Origin: an uncultured Gaiellaceae bacterium
GTDB lineage: Bacteria; Actinomycetota; Thermoleophilia; Gaiellales; Gaiellaceae
Direction of reading: 5' to 3'
NCBI GenBank assembly: GCA_963811885.1
Contig: CAWETB010000015.1
Coordinates: 550,122-614,121, forward strand
DNA: 64,000 bases
A program made the translations under genes and the position numbers. Below, piece after piece: positions 23,934-32,027 of this stretch; the first letter of the stretch is position 1; each line of letters starts with the position of its first letter. The notes under the pieces are model-generated. The model was given only the letters and a program-made list of their open reading frames with translations, had not been told where the DNA came from and searched no databases.

Positions 23934-24301
23934 ATGGTCCGACGTCGGTGGTACGTACTCGCGATTCTTGCGACCGCAGTGATCGCGATCGCGGCTCTCG
24001 CACCCACGGCTTTCGGTACGAGCAACGCGAAGTACACCGTCACCGCGACGGACTTCAAGTTCAAGCTCCTTCCCCTGCAACTCAAGGCGGGGACACAGAC
24101 GCTGACCGTGATCAATCGCGGCGAGGCAACGCACGACTTCAAGATCGGCAGCAAGGTGAAGTCCTGGAAGACCCGGATCCTGAACCCGGGCCAGCGGCAG
24201 ACGATCACGGTGACCTCAGGAAGGGCGTTCGCTACACGTATCTCTGCACCGTTCCGGGGCACGCCCTGCTCGGGATGAAGAAGACAGTGCGCATCCCATG
24301 A
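23934..24301 (+). CDS. cupredoxin (plastocyanin/azurin-like type 1 copper protein; one frameshift near 24209-24216)
   Basis: Signal anchor MVRRRWYVLAILATAVIAIAALAPTAFG and GEATHDF (His ligand) in ORF 23934..24278. YLCTVPGHALLGMKKTV (Cys-His-Met ligands) in the frame of ORF 23927..24301. Confidence 0.8.
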
Positions 24302-24429
24302 GCGACGCCGAGACCGAAGACGAGCTGCCGGAGGCCGAGCCGGCCGCCGAGGCCGACGTCGACGAGCTCCCGGAGAACGTTCCCGACGACTGGCTTGACC
24401 AGAAGCCCTTCGACCCGGCGGGTCGCTAG
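24298..24429 (+). CDS. 43-aa highly acidic mini-ORF coupled to the cupredoxin
   Basis: ATG 24298-24300 overlaps the cupredoxin TGA 24299-24301 (ATGA). Reads MSDAETEDELPEAEPAAEADVDELPENVPDDWLDQKPFDPAGR*. Below the size cutoff of the ORF track. Confidence 0.3.
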   Translation: MSDAETEDELPEAEPAAEADVDELPENVPDDWLDQKPFDPAGR

Positions 24430-24570
24430 GTTCGGAGCTTGGAGCCGAGGACGCTCCAGGCGAGGAGCACCGCACCGCCACGGCGATCGCGATCTCCTCG
24501 AGCGCGCTCGCGCGTCGGGCCAGGAGCGAACGCCGGCGTCCCGTGCGGCGCGATCGAGCCGCGGCGACGA

Positions 24571-25481
24571 TCACCCGTAGGTCGCGATCCGTTCGAGCAG
24601 GAGCTCGAAGAACGCATCGGCGTCGACGGCGACACCGACGCTCGGCGTTCGGCTCGCGATCGGTGCGGTGCCAGCGGTCGACGACCGTGCGGCCGCGCGT
24701 GAGCTCCGACTCGAGCTCGACCTCGACGTTCAGCCGCTCCGTCGTGACGATCCCGGGCCGGAACGCGTGCGCGAGCGCGACGGCGTCATGGATCGGCGCC
24801 CCGTCCCAGCCGTACGTCCGCGCGTGGTACTGCTTGAAGAAGTCGACCAGCTCGGCGACGAACGTGCCCACGCGGCCCGCCTCGCGGAAACGGTCGGCCC
24901 ACGCCGGAGTCAGGAGCGCGTCGTGGGTGACGTCGAGCCCGATCATCGTCACGTCGAGCCCGGAGTGGAACACGCGCTGCGCCGCTTCAGGATCGGCCCA
25001 GATGTTGAACTCGGCCGCCGGAGTCATGTTCCCCTCGGCGATGGCGCCGCCCATCAGCACGATGCGCGCGCGGTCGAATGCCGCGCTCGAGCGCCTGGGC
25101 GACGTTGGTCAACGGCCCGACCGCCACGAGCACCGTCTCGGGCGTCACGTGGTCGACGAGGAAGTCGACGGCGCTCTGCTCGACCGGCTCGGAGGCGCGG
25201 GCCGGAAGCTCGGGGCCGTCGAGGCCGCTCTCGCCGTGGACGTGGGCGGCGACGTGGAGCTCGCGCACGAGCGGCCGCTCGGCGCCGACGGCGACCGGCA
25301 CGTCGGTGCGGTCGACGAGTGCGAGCAGCCGGAGCGCGTTGTCCGTCGTCTTGTCGAGCGTCTGGTTGCCGTGCGTGGTGGTGACGCCGACGAGCTCGAT
25401 CTCGGGGCTCGCGAGCGCGAGCAGGAGCGCGATCGCATCGTCGTGGCCGGGATCGCAGTCGAGGATGACCGGAGTCGTCAC
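24571..25481 (-). CDS. nucleoside hydrolase (inosine/uridine-preferring, RihA/IunH-like; two frameshifts near 25078-25084 and 24640-24648)
   Basis: VILDCDPGHDDAIALLLA (DxDxxxDD motif) in ORF 24987..25481. IVLMGGAIAEGNMTPAAEFNIWADPEAA in ORF 23864..25060. The restored tail is SVGVAVDADAFFELLLERIATYG*. GTGA overlap with the rbsK stop. Confidence 0.88.
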
Positions 25482-26287
25482 CGCTGGAGTATGCCGTCGA
25501 CCTCGTCGGCCGTCGGCAGGGAAGGCTGCGCGCCGAAGCGCGAGGCCGCGAGCGCGCCGGCGGCGCAGGAGCGGCGCAGCGCCTCCTCCGGCTCGAGCCC
25601 CTCCAGCAGCGAGACGAGCAGGCAGGCGGTGAACGCGTCGCCGGCGGCCGTGCCGTCGACCGCGTCGACGGGCGGCGGCTCGGCACGGGCGATCTCCTCC
25701 CCGTCCTCGAGCAGGATCGCCCCCTCGGCGCCGAGCGTGACCGCGACGAGGCCGTCCCGCCGCCGCAGCACCTCGAGCTCGTAGCGGTTGACGACGGTGA
25801 GGTCGGCGTCGACGTCGATCGGACGAGCAGGCGCCGCGTTGAGGCAGAAGAGGCCCTCCGAGAGCTCCCAGGCGCGGCGAACGGCCTCGTCGGGGACCTC
25901 GAGCTGCGTCAGCACCGCGTCGCCCGGCGGCAGCTCGAACTCCTTCAGCTCCGCGTTCGCGCCCGGCGCGACGGCGATCTGGTTCTCGCCGCTCGCGTCG
26001 ACGAGGATCAGCGCGACGCCGGTCGGCGCCTCGACGCGGGCTGCGGCGAGCGTGAGGCGCTCCTCCTGCGGCAGCGCCTCGTCCGCGAAGACGTCCGTGC
26101 CGACCGAGCAGACGAGCGTCACGTCGGCGCCGAGGCGCGCGGCGGCGACGGCCTGGTTCGCGCCCTTGCCGCCCTTGACCCGGGCGAAGGTCGCGTCGGT
26201 GACGGTCTCTCCCGGCCGCGGCAGCCGCTCGACCCGGGCGACGAGGTCGAGGTTGACGCTGCCGACGACGGTGATGCTAGGCGGCAA
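25478..26287 (-). CDS. rbsK: ribokinase
   Basis: ITVVGSVNLDLV, GGKGANQAVAAARLG, DGTAAGDAF (PfkB signature). 269 aa, intact. Confidence 0.9.
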   Translation of the reverse strand: MPPSITVVGSVNLDLVARVERLPRPGETVTDATFARVKGGKGANQAVAAARLGADVTLVCSVGTDVFADEALPQEERLTLAAARVEAPTGVALILVDASGENQIAVAPGANAELKEFELPPGDAVLTQLEVPDEAVRRAWELSEGLFCLNAAPARPIDVDADLTVVNRYELEVLRRRDGLVAVTLGAEGAILLEDGEEIARAEPPPVDAVDGTAAGDAFTACLLVSLLEGLEPEEALRRSCAAGALAASRFGAQPSLPTADEVDGILQR

Positions 26288-26747
26288 GCGCTCGCAGGTC
26301 GTCCACGGTGGAGCCGAGCAGCGTGTCGCGCAGGTCGAAGAGACCGGCCCAGAGCGAGGAGGCGTCCGGCGGCGCGTCGAGCCGCGCCGAGTCGGAGAGG
26401 CCCTGGAGCGCGCGCACGAGCACGGCCAGCTCCAGGTAGACGGCCGTGACGCGGTGCGGGGACGCCTGGACGCCGGCGCGCGTCAGCACCGGCTGCCACT
26501 CGACGAGCTCACCCGCGCCGGGACCGGAGTACCAGGAGCGGCCCTCGGCCTGGTCGGCCTCGAGCTCGAGCAGGTAGCGGCCGAGCGGCACCTCCAGCCC
26601 GGCGAGCGCGGTCTCGACCCTGTCGGCCGCATGGCGGAGCGCGGCCTCACGGCCGCCGGCCGTCGCCGGCAGCGCCTCTCCCCTGCCCCAGCGCTCGAGC
26701 AGGCGGCAGAAGGCGAGCGCCGACGCCTCGCAGGCGCGCAGCTGCAC
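26277..26747 (-). CDS. hypothetical protein
   Basis: 156-aa helical-looking ORF between rnj and rbsK. The codon content is not the Arg/Pro/Gly junk typical of off-frame ORFs here. No family recognised, and the start is uncertain (first GTG after the in-frame rnj stop). Confidence 0.45.
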   Translation of the reverse strand: MQLRACEASALAFCRLLERWGRGEALPATAGGREAALRHAADRVETALAGLEVPLGRYLLELEADQAEGRSWYSGPGAGELVEWQPVLTRAGVQASPHRVTAVYLELAVLVRALQGLSDSARLDAPPDASSLWAGLFDLRDTLLGSTVDDLRALAA

Positions 26748-26813
26748 GATCAGCCGCCGCGCGGTCAGCTCGCTCGTCGCATGGCCGACGAGGATGTCGG
26801 GCCAGGAGCTCGC

Positions 26814-28457
26814 TCAGACCTCGATCACCACGGGAAGAATCATCGGCCGCCGGCGCGTTCTGTCGTAGACCAGTTGTCCGACGGCGTCGTGCAGGTGCTC
26901 CTGGATCAGCTTGATCTCGCTGATCCCGTCCGCGGCCAGGTCCTGCAGGACGCTCTGCGCCTCCGAGCGGAGCTCGTCGACGAGCTCCTCCGAGTCGCCG
27001 AACCCGCGCGCGATCAGCTCGGGCGGCGCGGTCGTGCCGCCGTTCGAGCTCGCCAGCGTCGTGACGATGATCAGGACGCCGTCCTCGGAGAGGCGGCGGC
27101 GGTCGCGGAGCGCGACATCCCGCACGTCGCCGACCCCGAGGCCGTCCACGAACGTGACTCCCGCCTCGATCCGGTCGACGATCCGCGGCGTCCGGCCGCG
27201 TTCGAGCTCGACGACGGAGCCGTTCTCGCCGATCAGGATCGCGTCCGCCGGCACCCCGGCCTCGCGCGCGAGCTGGCCGTGCGCGGCGAGCATCCGGTAC
27301 TCGCCGTGCACGGGCATGACCGCGCGGGGCCGCACGAGCGAGAGCAGCGTCCGCATCTCCTCGGAGCAGGCGTGCCCGGACACGTGCACGGGCGCGATCT
27401 CCTGGTGCAGCACCTCGGCGCCCATCTGCGCGAGCCGGTTGATCGAATCGTGGACGCGCAGCTCGTTCCCCGGCACCGGCTTGGCCGAGATGATGACGGT
27501 GTCGCCGCGCTCGATCGAGATCGACGGGTGGTCGTTGTAGGCGATCCGCGTCAGCGCCGACATCGGCTCGCCCTGGCTGCCCGTGCAGAGGATCATCACC
27601 TGGCCGGGCGGCAGCTCCATCGCCTCCTGCGGCTTGACGAGCATGTGCTCCGGCACGTCGAGGTAGCCGAGACCGCGGGCGATGTTGAGGTTCTTGCGCA
27701 TCGAGCGGCCGACGATCGCGACCTTGCGGCCGACCTGCACGGCCACGTCGATCGCCTGCTGCATCCGGTGCACGTTCGATGCGAACGAGACGACGAGGAT
27801 CCGGCCCTTCCGCAGCGGGATCAGCGTCCGGAACGCCTCGCCGACGAGCCGTTCCGACCCGGTCATCCCGGGCCGCTCCGCGTTGGTCGAGTCGCCGAGC
27901 ATCAGGTCGACGCCCTGGTTGCCGAGCTCCGCGAGCCGGCCGACGTCCGTCTTCAGCCCGTCGACCGGCGTGTGGTCGAGCTTCCAGTCGCCGGTGTGGA
28001 GGACGCGTCCCGCCGCCGTGTCGAGCACGATCGCGACGCAGTCCGGGATCGAGTGCGCCATGCGCACGAAGTCGAGCGTGAACGAGCCGACCCGGATCTG
28101 CTCGTTCGTCACCGCCTCCTGCAGCTCGGTCGACGCCGAGAGGCCGTGCTCGTCGAGCTTCGACTTGATCAGGCCGAGTGTCAGCTTCGTCGCGATCACC
28201 TTGTCGCAGTCGACCTCGCGCAACAGGTACGGGAGCCCGCCGACGTGGTCCTCGTGCCCGTGGGTGAGCACGACCGCGTGGACGCGCTTCCCCTCGAGGT
28301 AGGAGATGTCGGGCAGGACGAGGTCGACGCCCAGATGCTCGTCGCGCGGGAAGGCGAGACCCGCGTCCACGATGACGACGTCGCCGCCGTGCTCGTAGAC
28401 GGTCATGTTCTTGCCGACCTCGCCGAGACCGCCGAGCGGGATGATGCGCAGGCTCAC
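26814..28457 (-). CDS. rnj: ribonuclease J
   Basis: Metallo-beta-lactamase/beta-CASP: VVLTHGHEDHVGGLPYLL, DSTNAERPG, VHVSGHA. 547 aa, intact. Confidence 0.96.
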   Translation of the reverse strand: MSLRIIPLGGLGEVGKNMTVYEHGGDVVIVDAGLAFPRDEHLGVDLVLPDISYLEGKRVHAVVLTHGHEDHVGGLPYLLREVDCDKVIATKLTLGLIKSKLDEHGLSASTELQEAVTNEQIRVGSFTLDFVRMAHSIPDCVAIVLDTAAGRVLHTGDWKLDHTPVDGLKTDVGRLAELGNQGVDLMLGDSTNAERPGMTGSERLVGEAFRTLIPLRKGRILVVSFASNVHRMQQAIDVAVQVGRKVAIVGRSMRKNLNIARGLGYLDVPEHMLVKPQEAMELPPGQVMILCTGSQGEPMSALTRIAYNDHPSISIERGDTVIISAKPVPGNELRVHDSINRLAQMGAEVLHQEIAPVHVSGHACSEEMRTLLSLVRPRAVMPVHGEYRMLAAHGQLAREAGVPADAILIGENGSVVELERGRTPRIVDRIEAGVTFVDGLGVGDVRDVALRDRRRLSEDGVLIIVTTLASSNGGTTAPPELIARGFGDSEELVDELRSEAQSVLQDLAADGISEIKLIQEHLHDAVGQLVYDRTRRRPMILPVVIEV

Positions 28458-28493
28458 GCGCGGGAGTGTATGCGCGTCCCGAGGCCCGAGCGG

Positions 28494-29376
28494 CTAGACC
28501 GCGGCGGTCTGAAGCAGGCCCAGCCGGGCGAGGCAGTCGCGCACGCGCTCGCGCTCCTCCTCGGTCGCCTCGACGAGCGGCAGCCGGTGCCCGCCGACGT
28601 CGTGTCCGAGCAGGTTCAGGGCCGCCTTGATCGCGATCGGGTTGGGGGCGGCGCGCAGGATCTCGATCGACGGCGCGAGCTCCCGGTCGAGCGCGCGGGC
28701 AGCGTCGTGCTCGCCCGCCTTCCAGAGCCGGACCACTTCCTTCACCTGCGGGCCGACCACGTGCGTGTGCACGCAGACGCCGCCGACGCCGCCGAGCTCG
28801 AGGAACGGCACGATCAGGTCGTCGTCGCCGGCGTAGAGGTCGAGATCCGTCTCGACGATGTGCTTCGCCTGCGCCAGGTCGTCGTACGCCTGCTTGACGG
28901 CGCGAACGTTCTCGATCTCGGCCAGCCGGCGTGATCGTCTCGGGCTCGATGTTGATCACGACCCGGCTGGGGATGTTGTAGACGACGACCGGCTTGTCGG
29001 TGGCCGCCGCGACGGCTTCGAAGTGCGCCACGATCCCGCGCTGCGGCGGCTTCGAGTAGTAGGGCGTGACGATCAGGACGGCGTCGACGCCGAGCTCGTG
29101 CGCCTTCTCGGTCAGGTGGACCGAGTGGCGCGTGTCGTAGGTGCCGGTGCCGGCGACGACGGTCGCGCGGTCGCCGACCTCGTCGAGCGCGGCGGCATAG
29201 AGCTCGAACCGCTCGTCGTCGGTCAGGGTCGGGCTCTCGCCCGTGGTGCCGGTGACGACGAGGCCGTCGGAGCCGTTGTCGACGAGGTGGCGCGCGAGCG
29301 CGCGGAAGCTGTCGAGATCGACCGAGCCGTCTCGCTTGAACGGCGTCACGATCGCGGTCAGCACCTCGCCGAGCAC
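28494..29376 (-). CDS. dapA: 4-hydroxy-tetrahydrodipicolinate synthase (one frameshift near 28925-28932)
   Basis: VLTAIVTPFKRDGSVD, VVTGTTGESPTLT, TPYYSKP, VVYNIP at the 5' end of chimeric ORF 26647..29376. The C-terminal third is ORF 28494..28811 (NPIAIKAALNLLG). Junction reads EPETIT-RLAEIENVRAVKQA. Confidence 0.93.
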
Positions 29377-30134
29377 CCCCCGATCCTACCTCCGCGGTCG
29401 GAGCCTTGACAGCCGCCGGCCGGCACGGAACAGTCGTCCCTGCGGTTCACGCCGGTCGGGCACAGCGAGGTCGGCCACCCCTGCGGCGGCGGCAGGCCCG
29501 CTCGAGCAGGCCGGCGTGGGCCGTTTACGAGGAGTGCGTCGAGACCGACCGTGAGCCCCGGCGGCAGGCCGCTGACCTTCTCGAGCGCGAGCAGCACGCC
29601 GGGGACGAACGCGTCGCGTGAGGTGGTGTCGTGACGGATCGTCAGCGTCTGCCCCTGCCCGCCGAAGATCACCTCCTGATGCGCGACCAGGCCGGGTAGC
29701 CGAACCGAGTGGATCGGGGTGTCCGGCGGCAGCAGCGCGGCCGTCGCCTTCGCCGTCCCCGACGGCGCGTCGAGCTTCTGGTCGTGGTGCAGCTCGACGA
29801 TCTCGGCGTGCGGCAGCACCTTTCCCGCCTCGGCCGCGAAGCGCATCATCAGCACCGCCCCGAGCGCGAAGTTGGGTGCGTAGAAGACGGGCAGCTCGTG
29901 GACCCGGGCCAGCGCCGCCACGCGCTCCTGGTCGAAGCCGGTCGTGCCGATCACGACGGGAACGCGGTCCTCGAGCGCGACCCGGACGTTCTCCTCGACC
30001 GCCTCGGGACGCGTGAAGTCGACGGCGACGTCGGCGTCGTGCGTCGACTCGACGAGCTCGTGCCCGGCGGCCTCGAGCGCAGGCGCGAGCACGGAGCCGA
30101 CCTTGCCCCTCCGCCCGAAGACGATCACCTTCAC
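29358..30134 (-). CDS. dapB: 4-hydroxy-tetrahydrodipicolinate reductase (3' end uncertain)
   Basis: VKVIVFGRRGKVGS, DFTRPEAV, VIGTTG, ELHHDQKLDAPSGTA. The GTG at 30134 overlaps the peptidase stop (GTGA). The ORF runs about 55 aa past the expected C-terminus and into the dapA start, so an indel near 29520-29530 is possible. Confidence 0.88.
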   Translation of the reverse strand: MKVIVFGRRGKVGSVLAPALEAAGHELVESTHDADVAVDFTRPEAVEENVRVALEDRVPVVIGTTGFDQERVAALARVHELPVFYAPNFALGAVLMMRFAAEAGKVLPHAEIVELHHDQKLDAPSGTAKATAALLPPDTPIHSVRLPGLVAHQEVIFGGQGQTLTIRHDTTSRDAFVPGVLLALEKVSGLPPGLTVGLDALLVNGPRRPARAGLPPPQGWPTSLCPTGVNRRDDCSVPAGGCQGSDRGGRIGGCSARC

Positions 30135-31414
30135 GCTGCCGCACGCTCCACGAGGGCGGGGTTGACGCGCTCGATCGCGGCGCGGAAGCGCGACTCGGAT
30201 GGGCCGATCCCCGCCGCCGAGAGCCGGTCGAGGCGGAGCAGGTCGGCCGCGACCGCCGCGACGTCGTCGGCAGTGACCGCGTCGACCTTCGCGACGAGCT
30301 CGTCGAGCGAGAGCAGCTCCGTGTCGCTGATCAGCGACTTGCCGAGCCGGCTCATCCGGTTCGAGGTCGACTCGAGCGAGAGCAGCATCCGGCCCTTCAG
30401 GTTCTCCTGCGCGCGCTCGAGCTCCCCCGGCCTGACGTTCCCGGCGGCGACGTCCGCGAGCTCGCGCGCCACGATCTCGAAGCACTCGACGAGGTTCTCC
30501 TCGCGCGTGCCGACGTAGAGGCCGACCTGCCCCGAGTCGGAGTACTGCGAGGCGAAGCTGTAGACGGAGTAGGCCATGCCGCGCTTCTCCCGGATCTCCT
30601 GGAAGAGCCGGGACGACGCGGAGCCGCCGAGGATCGAGTCGAGCAGCGAGGCGGCGAAGCGGCGCTCGTCGCGGCGCGAGATCCCGGGCGCGCCGAGGCA
30701 GACGTGGTACTGCTCGGTCGCCTTCCGCTGGAAGCGGTAGCCGGGCGGCGGCACGCGCCCGAACGGCTTCCGGGCGCGGACGTGCGGCTCGGTCGCGGGC
30801 AGCCGCGTGCTCAGAAGCTCGACGACGCGGTCGTGGGTGACGTTGCCGGCGGCCGCGACGACGATGTTGTCGGCCGCGTAGGCCGCGCGGTGGTACGCGG
30901 TCAGCGCCTTCTTGCTGACGCTCGAGATCACCTCGGCGCGGCCGATCACGGGCCGCCCGATCGGGTGGCCGCCGAAGACCGCTTCCGCCACGAGGTCGTG
31001 GATCAGATCCTGCGGGTTGTCGTCGACCATCGCGATCTCCTCGAGCACGACCTCCCGCTCGGAGTCGATCTCGGCGAAGGCGGGGTCGTAGACCATCCCC
31101 GCCATCACGTCGAGCGCCGGCTCGAGCCGGTCGTCCGGCACGCGGGCGTAGACGAGCGTCGTCTCGCGCGACGTGGCCGCGTTCAGCTCGCCGCCGAGCC
31201 CGTCGAAGATCTCCGCGATCTCCTGCGCCGAGTGCGTGCTCGTGCCCTTGAAGAGCAGATGCTCGATGAAGTGCGAGACGCCCGCCCGCGCGTTGGTCTC
31301 GTCGCGCGAGCCGGTGCCGATCCAGAAGCCGAACGAGACCGAGCGCACGTTCGGGACGTGCTCGGTGATCACACGCTCGCCGGTCGGGAGCGTCGAGAGC
31401 TCGTGGGCCTGCAT
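30131..31414 (-). CDS. M16 family zinc peptidase (PepR/MlpA-like)
   Basis: HFIEHLLFKG (HxxEH zinc motif). 427 aa, intact. Sits in the conserved position downstream of pnp. Confidence 0.92.
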   Translation of the reverse strand: MQAHELSTLPTGERVITEHVPNVRSVSFGFWIGTGSRDETNARAGVSHFIEHLLFKGTSTHSAQEIAEIFDGLGGELNAATSRETTLVYARVPDDRLEPALDVMAGMVYDPAFAEIDSEREVVLEEIAMVDDNPQDLIHDLVAEAVFGGHPIGRPVIGRAEVISSVSKKALTAYHRAAYAADNIVVAAAGNVTHDRVVELLSTRLPATEPHVRARKPFGRVPPPGYRFQRKATEQYHVCLGAPGISRRDERRFAASLLDSILGGSASSRLFQEIREKRGMAYSVYSFASQYSDSGQVGLYVGTREENLVECFEIVARELADVAAGNVRPGELERAQENLKGRMLLSLESTSNRMSRLGKSLISDTELLSLDELVAKVDAVTADDVAAVAADLLRLDRLSAAGIGPSESRFRAAIERVNPALVERAAA

Positions 31415-31489
31415 CGCCCGATCCTAGCTCCGCCTGCGCGCTTGCCCGGCGGCGTTCATACTTAGGTCGAAAGCTGACCGAGGGGGAGC

Positions 31490-31976
31490 ATGGCCGCGAT
31501 CGACTACTTCCTGAAGCTGGACGGGATCTCCGGCGAGAGCAAGGACTCGAAGCACAAGGGCGAGATCGAGGTGCTCTCGTTCAGCTTCGGCGAGACGCAG
31601 AGTCGGCCCGACGGCGTCGGAGGCGGCGGCGGCGCGGGCAAGGTCGAGATGAGCGACTTCTCCTTCACGGCGCGGACGAGCAAGGCCTCGCCGCAGCTCT
31701 TCCTCACTGCGCGCAGGGCAAGCACATCAAGCAGGCGTTCCTGACGGTCCGCAAGGCAGGCGGCTCGCAGCAGGAGTATCTGAAGATCAAGCTGAACGAC
31801 GTGCTCGTCTCCTCCTACGCGTTCGGCGGCGGCGAGGACGAGAGCCGAGCCGCACGACTGCGTTCTCGCTCGAGTTCGTCAAGATCTCGTACGACTACAC
31901 GCCGCAGAAGGCGGACGGCTCGCTCGACGCCCCGGTGCACGGCGGCTGGGACCTGTCGAAGAACGTCAAGATCTGA
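31490..31976 (+). pseudogene. Hcp family (type VI secretion tube protein-like) protein, two 1-nt frameshifts
   Basis: MAAIDYFLKLDGISGESKDSKHKGEIEVLSFSFGETQ...GGGGGAGKVEMSDFSFTARTSKASPQLFL | CAQGKHIKQAFLTVRKAGGSQQEYLKIKLNDVLVSSYAFGGGEDE | AFSLEFVKISYDYTPQKADGSLDAPVHGGWDLSKNVKI*. Shifts near 31703-31708 and 31838-31850. RBS GAGGGGGAG upstream of ATG 31490. Confidence 0.85.
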
Positions 31977-32027
31977 AGCCGCCGCCCGTCCCGCCGGCGG
32001 CCCGACAGGCAGCTGCGCCTGCGGGAC

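Noticed and set aside
24430-24570. Possible small gene or terminator in the 140-bp convergent spacer between the acidic mini-ORF and the nucleoside hydrolase
   Set aside because: A GTG overlapping the hydrolase stop opens an ORF, but it runs antisense through the cupredoxin gene with Arg/Ser-rich content. I found no strong hairpin either.
25788-28934. 1048-aa plus-strand ORF, and similar long plus-strand ORFs (33566..36007, 8019..9869, 56163..58427, 61333..63114, 12763..15312)
   Set aside because: All lie antisense to genes with unambiguous family motifs. Their translations are dominated by R, A, G, P, D and E with no recognisable domains. This is the mirror-frame artefact expected at this GC content.
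26647-29376. 909-aa minus-strand ORF spanning dapA and running antisense/out of frame through rnj
   Set aside because: Only the first ~150 aa (the dapA N-terminus) look like protein. After the indel at about 28930 the translation becomes Arg/Pro/Gly/Ala-rich junk typical of an off-frame read in high-GC DNA. rnj occupies the region in another frame with clear motifs.
29377-29530. Possible lysine riboswitch or leader upstream of dapA
   Set aside because: I could not recognise L-box-like conserved cores or a convincing multi-stem fold by eye. The interval is also covered by the over-long dapB ORF tail. Only a covariance-model scan could settle it, so nothing is claimed.
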